Origin: Verrucomicrobiota bacterium
GTDB taxonomy: Bacteria > Verrucomicrobiota > Verrucomicrobiia > Limisphaerales > JACDHS01
DNA: 64,000 bases
Direction of reading: 5' to 3'
Assembly: GCA_013820875.1 (NCBI GenBank)
Contig: JACDHS010000003.1
Coordinates: forward strand, 26,952-90,951
Both the position numbers and the translations under genes were made by a program. Position 1 is the stretch's first letter. Each line of letters begins with the position of its first letter. Positions 59,551 to 64,000 of the stretch are shown in pieces. The notes beneath the pieces are model-generated. The model had not been told where the DNA came from and did not search any database. It saw nothing but the letters and a program-made list of their open reading frames with translations.

Positions 59551-61317
59551 GTGCGACATTATTATATTGTGTGGTCCATTCGAGGCAAATTCTTAGCTGC
59601 TTCGGCAGCCGCGCTCGTGATCCTCGTTGTGATCGGAGTGGCTTCATTCCAGACGATCCGCAACCTCGTAAACACGGGTGAATATGTCTCCCAAACTCAT
59701 CAGGTGCTGGAGGCATTACAAGCGTTGGATTCAACCACCAAAGATTTCCTACGTGGCGCTCGAGGCTTTGCTTTGAGCGGTCAGGAGGATCAACTGGAAC
59801 CTTATGTAGATGCAAGTTCAGCTTACCCTGTGCTTATCGCTCGGCTGCGGAAGTTGCTTTCCGAAAATCCGAATCAAACTGAACGACTCAAAAAAGCGGA
59901 GGATTTGATCAGCCAGGTGATTCATGAGTCTACAACCATTGTTAAGTTGCGTCGGGTAGATGCTGATAGCGCACTCCAACGGGTCAAATTGGGAGTTGCT
60001 AACCAATTGATGGATCGCGTGGTGCAAGCCATCGGCACGATGCAGGAGTTTGAACGAACAAGGCTGCAAGACCGTGAGCAGAGCGCGCGACAAGCCGCAA
60101 GACAGGCACAAAACATAATTCTGATTGGCAGCGCCCTCGCTCTCCTGATTGCGGGACTAGCTGGATGGGTTATCCAGCGCGACCTCACGAGACGTGAACA
60201 AACCGAGCGAGCGCTTCGGGAAAATGAGGAGAAGTTTCGTGCTTTCGTCGAAACGACCGGTGAATGGATTTGGTCTGCTGATCGAGAGGGGCGACGAACC
60301 TATTCCAATCCGGCTGTTACTTCGATCCTTGGTTACACCCCGCAGGAATTGTTGGGCCATCACGTGCTGGAATTGGTTCATCCTGAAGACAAAACGGATG
60401 CCGGGGAGCGCTTCTCAACCTTTGCGACTGGAAAAAAGGGTTGGACAGGAATGACTCTCAAATTTCGCCACCTAAACGGCAGCTATCGCTGGTTGGAAAG
60501 TAATGCTGTGCCTATCGTCAGCGAAGAGGGTGACTTCCAGGGGTTTCGTGGCGCTGACCGCGATGTAAGCGAACGACGCAAAGCAGAGGAAACCGCGGAG
60601 TTGCGGGCTCGCGATTTGGCACGATCGAACGCTGAACTGGAACAATTCGCCTATGTGGCTTCCCACGATTTGCAGGAACCGCTCCGAATGGTTGTTAATT
60701 ACTGCAAACTGTTGGAGCGGCGCTACTCGGGCAAGCTGGATAAGGATGCCGACGATTTCATTCACTTTGCGGTCGATGGCGCAGTCAGAATGCAACGTCT
60801 CATTGAAGATCTGCTGGCGTATTCACGAGTCGGAACGAAGGGAGCCAAATTTGTTCCGACGGATTGCAACAAGGTTGTCGAACAAGCCATGGCCAACTTA
60901 AAGATGGCGATAATGGAGAAGAGCGCCGAAGTTACTTATGAAAAGCTCCCCACGGTGATGGGAGATTTCCAGCAGCTAACGCAGCTCTTTCAAAATTTAA
61001 TTGGTAATTCGCTGAAATTCCAAACGCCGGGACAGGTGCCTCGCGTTCAAATATCGGCGGAGGGAAAGGATGGGGAATGGCTGTTTACTGTTAAAGACAA
61101 TGGCATTGGAATGGACCCGGAGTTTTTCGAAAAAATCTTCGTTATTTTCCAGCGGTTACATACCAAAGCAGAATATTCCGGCACTGGCATCGGCCTGGCG
61201 ATCTGCAGGAAAATCGTTGAGCGACATGGGGGACGGATTTGGGTGGATTCACAAGAAGGCCAGGGAACGACATTTCAATTCACATTAATTTCAAAAAAGG
61301 AGCGAAGACATGAATGA
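59551..61317 (+). CDS. Sensor histidine kinase: CHASE3-like sensor, TM, PAS, HisKA and HATPase_c
   Basis: The CHASE3-type region is [31 protein letters not shown]. The PAS region contains [18 protein letters not shown]. The H-box is [14 protein letters not shown], and DNGIGM and GTGIGLAIC are present. The start codon is uncertain (GTG 59551 or 59569). Confidence 0.85.
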   Translation: MRHYYIVWSIRGKFLAASAAALVILVVIGVASFQTIRNLVNTGEYVSQTHQVLEALQALDSTTKDFLRGARGFALSGQEDQLEPYVDASSAYPVLIARLRKLLSENPNQTERLKKAEDLISQVIHESTTIVKLRRVDADSALQRVKLGVANQLMDRVVQAIGTMQEFERTRLQDREQSARQAARQAQNIILIGSALALLIAGLAGWVIQRDLTRREQTERALRENEEKFRAFVETTGEWIWSADREGRRTYSNPAVTSILGYTPQELLGHHVLELVHPEDKTDAGERFSTFATGKKGWTGMTLKFRHLNGSYRWLESNAVPIVSEEGDFQGFRGADRDVSERRKAEETAELRARDLARSNAELEQFAYVASHDLQEPLRMVVNYCKLLERRYSGKLDKDADDFIHFAVDGAVRMQRLIEDLLAYSRVGTKGAKFVPTDCNKVVEQAMANLKMAIMEKSAEVTYEKLPTVMGDFQQLTQLFQNLIGNSLKFQTPGQVPRVQISAEGKDGEWLFTVKDNGIGMDPEFFEKIFVIFQRLHTKAEYSGTGIGLAICRKIVERHGGRIWVDSQEGQGTTFQFTLISKKERRHE

Positions 61318-61756
61318 CATGCAATCTGCTACACCAATAGATATTCTGCTCGTGGAAGATAATCCGGGCGACGTGCGGTTGACCCAGGAAGCTTTGCACG
61401 AAGCAAAAGTTTTCCATCGGCTGACGGTTGCCAAAGACGGAGTGGAGGCGTTGGCCATTCTGCGTCGGGAGGAGCCATATAGTAATACGGCGCGTCCTGA
61501 TGTAATTTTTCTTGATCTAAACCTGCCCCGGAAGAGTGGAATGGAAGTGCTTGCGGAGATCAAAGCAGACGAGAAATTCAGGTCCATCCCCGTCGTGGTT
61601 GTCACAAGTTCCCAGGCAGAGAAGGACATCGTGAAGAGCTATCATCTGCACGCGAATTGTTATGTAACCAAACCGATCGACCTGGATCAATTTATCGAAT
61701 TTGTGAAATCCATTGAGAACTTTTGGTTCACGGTCGTGAAGTTGCCGCCAAAATGA
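61310..61756 (+). CDS. Response regulator (receiver only)
   Basis: Contains [24 protein letters not shown] and YVTKP. It overlaps the kinase stop by 8 nt. Confidence 0.85.
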   Translation: MNDMQSATPIDILLVEDNPGDVRLTQEALHEAKVFHRLTVAKDGVEALAILRREEPYSNTARPDVIFLDLNLPRKSGMEVLAEIKADEKFRSIPVVVVTSSQAEKDIVKSYHLHANCYVTKPIDLDQFIEFVKSIENFWFTVVKLPPK

Positions 61757-62883
61757 TGCTTAAGCTGAATCAGAACAAAGCCATCAAGGTACTGCTGGTG
61801 GAGGACAATCCCGGCGACGCTCGCCTTGTGGAAACTTATCTGTCTGGTGATGTCGAAAGTAGGTTTGAAATTACCCATGTAGAACGACTCAGTGCAGCTA
61901 TCGAGAAATTAGCCACTAAGCGGTATGACATTGCGTTGTTGGATTTGTCTTTGCCGGATAGCCCGAGAGGAGAAACGTTTGATCGAATTCACGCAGTTAA
62001 ACCTGAATTGCCGATCATTATTTTCACCGGATTAAACGACCCGCTTACCGGAACCGAATTGATCAAAAAAGGTGCACAGGATTATCTCCCCAAAAACCAG
62101 CTTAACGATGTGCTGGTTGGCCGCTCGATCCGTTATGCCATCGAACGCAAAAAGCTTCAGCAAAATGTTGCGGAACGATCCGCCAGGCTCGAGGAATCGG
62201 TTTCTGATTTGGAATCCTTCTCCTACACGGTCGCACATGACTTACGAGCACCCATTCGGGCCATGCAAGGCTTTGCCCAGGCTTTGGAGGAGGAGTATTG
62301 CGGGAATCTTGACGAAACCGGTATCGGCTATCTCAGACGCATTCGAGCGTCTGCTCAACGGATGGACAATCTCATTCAGGATGTGTTGCTCTACAGCCGG
62401 GTAGCGCGGGCGGAGAAAAAATTTGAAACGGTAGACCTCGAAAAGGTGCTGGAGGATGTGATGAGGGATTACCCAGCACTCAGTCTCCCTCACGCCAGAA
62501 TCACCATTCAGCGTCCCCTGCACAAAGTGATAGGCAGCTATAGCCTCGTGGTGCAGTGCGTCTCGAACCTGCTGAATAACGCGGTGAAGTTCGTCGATAC
62601 GAACAGGATCGCCGAGGTGCGTCTTTGGACGGAGAAAGAGGATTCGAGGGTTCGTCTGTTGGTTCAGGACAATGGTATTGGTATTCCTGAGAATCTGGTG
62701 GAGAAAATTTTTGACCCATTTCAACGCGCCCATCCGCACTCGGGTTATCCAGGGTCCGGAATCGGCCTCTCAATCGTTTCGAAAGCCGTTGAAAAAATGG
62801 GTGGAGAAATCTCTGTAAAATCCGAAGTTTGGAAAGGAACTGTTTTTATTATCGAGCTTCCATCGCCGCCGGAGGAGAGCTAA
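61753..62883 (+). CDS. Hybrid receiver-histidine kinase (REC, HisKA, HATPase_c)
   Basis: I set the start at ATG 61753, overlapping the upstream TGA. Contains [22 protein letters not shown], the H-box [22 protein letters not shown] and GSGIGLSIV. Confidence 0.85.
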   Translation: MMLKLNQNKAIKVLLVEDNPGDARLVETYLSGDVESRFEITHVERLSAAIEKLATKRYDIALLDLSLPDSPRGETFDRIHAVKPELPIIIFTGLNDPLTGTELIKKGAQDYLPKNQLNDVLVGRSIRYAIERKKLQQNVAERSARLEESVSDLESFSYTVAHDLRAPIRAMQGFAQALEEEYCGNLDETGIGYLRRIRASAQRMDNLIQDVLLYSRVARAEKKFETVDLEKVLEDVMRDYPALSLPHARITIQRPLHKVIGSYSLVVQCVSNLLNNAVKFVDTNRIAEVRLWTEKEDSRVRLLVQDNGIGIPENLVEKIFDPFQRAHPHSGYPGSGIGLSIVSKAVEKMGGEISVKSEVWKGTVFIIELPSPPEES

Positions 62884-63357
62884 ATGAATGAAAATAATGC
62901 CAGTATCGAGCAGCACTTTACCATTCTCCTTGTTGAGGATGAGGAGAATGATGCTTTGCTCCTAAAGAGAGCACTAAAGAAAAATCATGTGTTTGGTCCC
63001 GTGCAATGGATGAGGGATGGGATGGAAGCGCAGGAGTACCTGCAGGGGGAGGGGATCTATGCGGATCGCAAAAAATATCCTTTTCCAGACGTGGTCATTC
63101 TCGATTTGAAGATGCCCAGGATGACCGGGCTCGAGTTGCTGTCGTGGATTAAAGAGCATCCTTACGTGCGCGTCATTCCTACTATCGTTTTGAGTTCTTC
63201 GCAGCTCAACGCAGATGTTGAGAAGGCCTACAGCCTGGGAGCCAACACTTACATGGTGAAACCTTCCGATTTTGATACTTTGGCAAACATGATAAAAGCC
63301 TTCCACGACTACTGGTCCATCAGCATAAAACCGGAGGTTAAAAAACGGGCGGATTGA
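62884..63357 (+). CDS. Response regulator (receiver only)
   Basis: Contains ILLVEDEENDALL, ILDLKMPRMTG and YMVKP. It starts immediately after the upstream stop codon. Confidence 0.85.
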   Translation: MNENNASIEQHFTILLVEDEENDALLLKRALKKNHVFGPVQWMRDGMEAQEYLQGEGIYADRKKYPFPDVVILDLKMPRMTGLELLSWIKEHPYVRVIPTIVLSSSQLNADVEKAYSLGANTYMVKPSDFDTLANMIKAFHDYWSISIKPEVKKRAD

Positions 63358-63725
63358 AAAGAGCACCGAACCTGATGGGGCGCCATACTTTCCATTTCCT
63401 TTGCGAGGGATGAAGGTTTGCGCGATTTTATGCGGGTCAACATGAACACGGGCACTTTCAACGGGCCACCTTCACCGGAAGATTTTCAGAAGCAACTCCA
63501 GGACTTCATGAAACAGAATTTCCAAACAACCCGGTGTTCTTCACCAAACCTGAAAAGGGGTCAGTCCAGAAATGAACTCGACACGCCAACCATTACAGGA
63601 AACGTGCCAGCGAAAAGCGGTTTGGCGCTTGGGCAGCTTCTCGATTACGAACCCTTCACAAAGGGCTCATCTACGTCGTAAACGGTAATAGGACGACCTC
63701 CTATTGTGAGGGCAGTTGGTGGGCG

Positions 63726-64000
63726 ATGAAGGACTCAAGTTTTACTTTTCACCAAAAGCGGCGGGGCCTGTCTGCGGCACGCCGTAATAAATTGCTGGAT
63801 ACGTTTGACCGGAGCGGATTGTCCGCTGCCGCTTTCGCCCGCCAGCACGATATCAACTACACCACTTTCTGTGGTTGGCGACAGCGGCGGGAGAAAGTCC
63901 GATCTGTGCCTGCATTCGTGGAAGTCGAGATGCCCGCTGCAACTGCTCCGGTGGAGTTGGTGCTTGAACTGGGTTCCATGTTTGGAGCGGGGAAAGCATG
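63726..64000 (+). mobile_element. IS66-family TnpA-like (or IS3 OrfA-like) transposase accessory gene, truncated by the 3' window edge
   Basis: The ATG at 63726 opens a frame that runs to the window end and is absent from the ORF track. It encodes RRNKLLDTFDRSGLSAAAFARQHDINYTTFCGWRQRR...PAFVEVEMP, which matches the SG-L-S-x-x-x-F-x-x-x-x-x-I-x-x-x-T-F-x-x-W HTH pattern of IS66 TnpA proteins. Confidence 0.5.

Noticed and set aside
63418-63681. 87-aa ORF after the last response regulator
   Set aside because: It has no recognisable family and low-complexity polar sequence. It could be real, but I cannot support it from sequence alone.
1-64000. tRNA, rRNA, tmRNA or RNase P genes
   Set aside because: I saw no T-loop (GGTTCRAnYC) in a cloverleaf context and no rRNA-like conserved blocks while reading the intergenic regions. 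A tRNAscan or Infernal run would be needed to be certain.

Overview
This is a 64-kb chromosomal segment. Its protein repertoire points to a Verrucomicrobiota/PVC-type bacterium: giant LTD, FG-GAP and beta-helix exoproteins, a sulfatase, C-termini ending FYRV, and palindromic repeats that translate as ICVHLWF. That assignment is inference only. Housekeeping blocks (plsC-cmk-aroA-tyrA, coaD-yceD-rpmF-plsX-fabH, glgP, ruvA) alternate with accessory material. Four things stand out. (1) 52268-57296, minus strand: a compact type-VII-secretion-like module with two small WXG100-like proteins carrying W-x-D instead of W-x-G, a 183-aa helical protein, and a 1290-aa membrane FtsK/SpoIIIE ATPase of atypical architecture. 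No other known T7SS core gene is present. (2) 7734-11788, minus strand: a canonical integron-type array of 7 promoterless cassettes separated by 7 attC sites. Each cassette's R'' box matches its own 5' R' box, and extrahelical bases are conserved. No integrase is present; tandem repeats, a 195-bp nested palindrome and a truncated acetyltransferase sit where intI/attI would be. (3) 34857-46425: an ACP-dependent lipid biosynthesis and export cluster. It carries the accessory genes of aryl-polyene/xanthomonadin-type clusters (ACP, condensation-like enzyme, FAD oxidoreductase, acyl-AMP ligase, methyltransferase, deacetylase, acyltransferase, MprF-like membrane protein, LolA-like protein, MMPL exporter) but no ketosynthase, reductase or dehydratase. 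(4) Several non-coding repeat families: three unrelated arrays of 41-42-bp hairpin-containing tandem repeats, each 150-220 bp upstream of a minus-strand gene; a REP-like inverted-repeat family built from (CACAGATGRA)n arms; and long palindromes. The window also holds two giant exoproteins (one a PGRP-type amidase fusion), a CHASE3 kinase with a multi-receiver phosphorelay cluster, and an IS66-type accessory gene cut by the 3' edge. I recognised no tRNA, rRNA or CRISPR. All family assignments come from reading motifs by eye; no database search was run.
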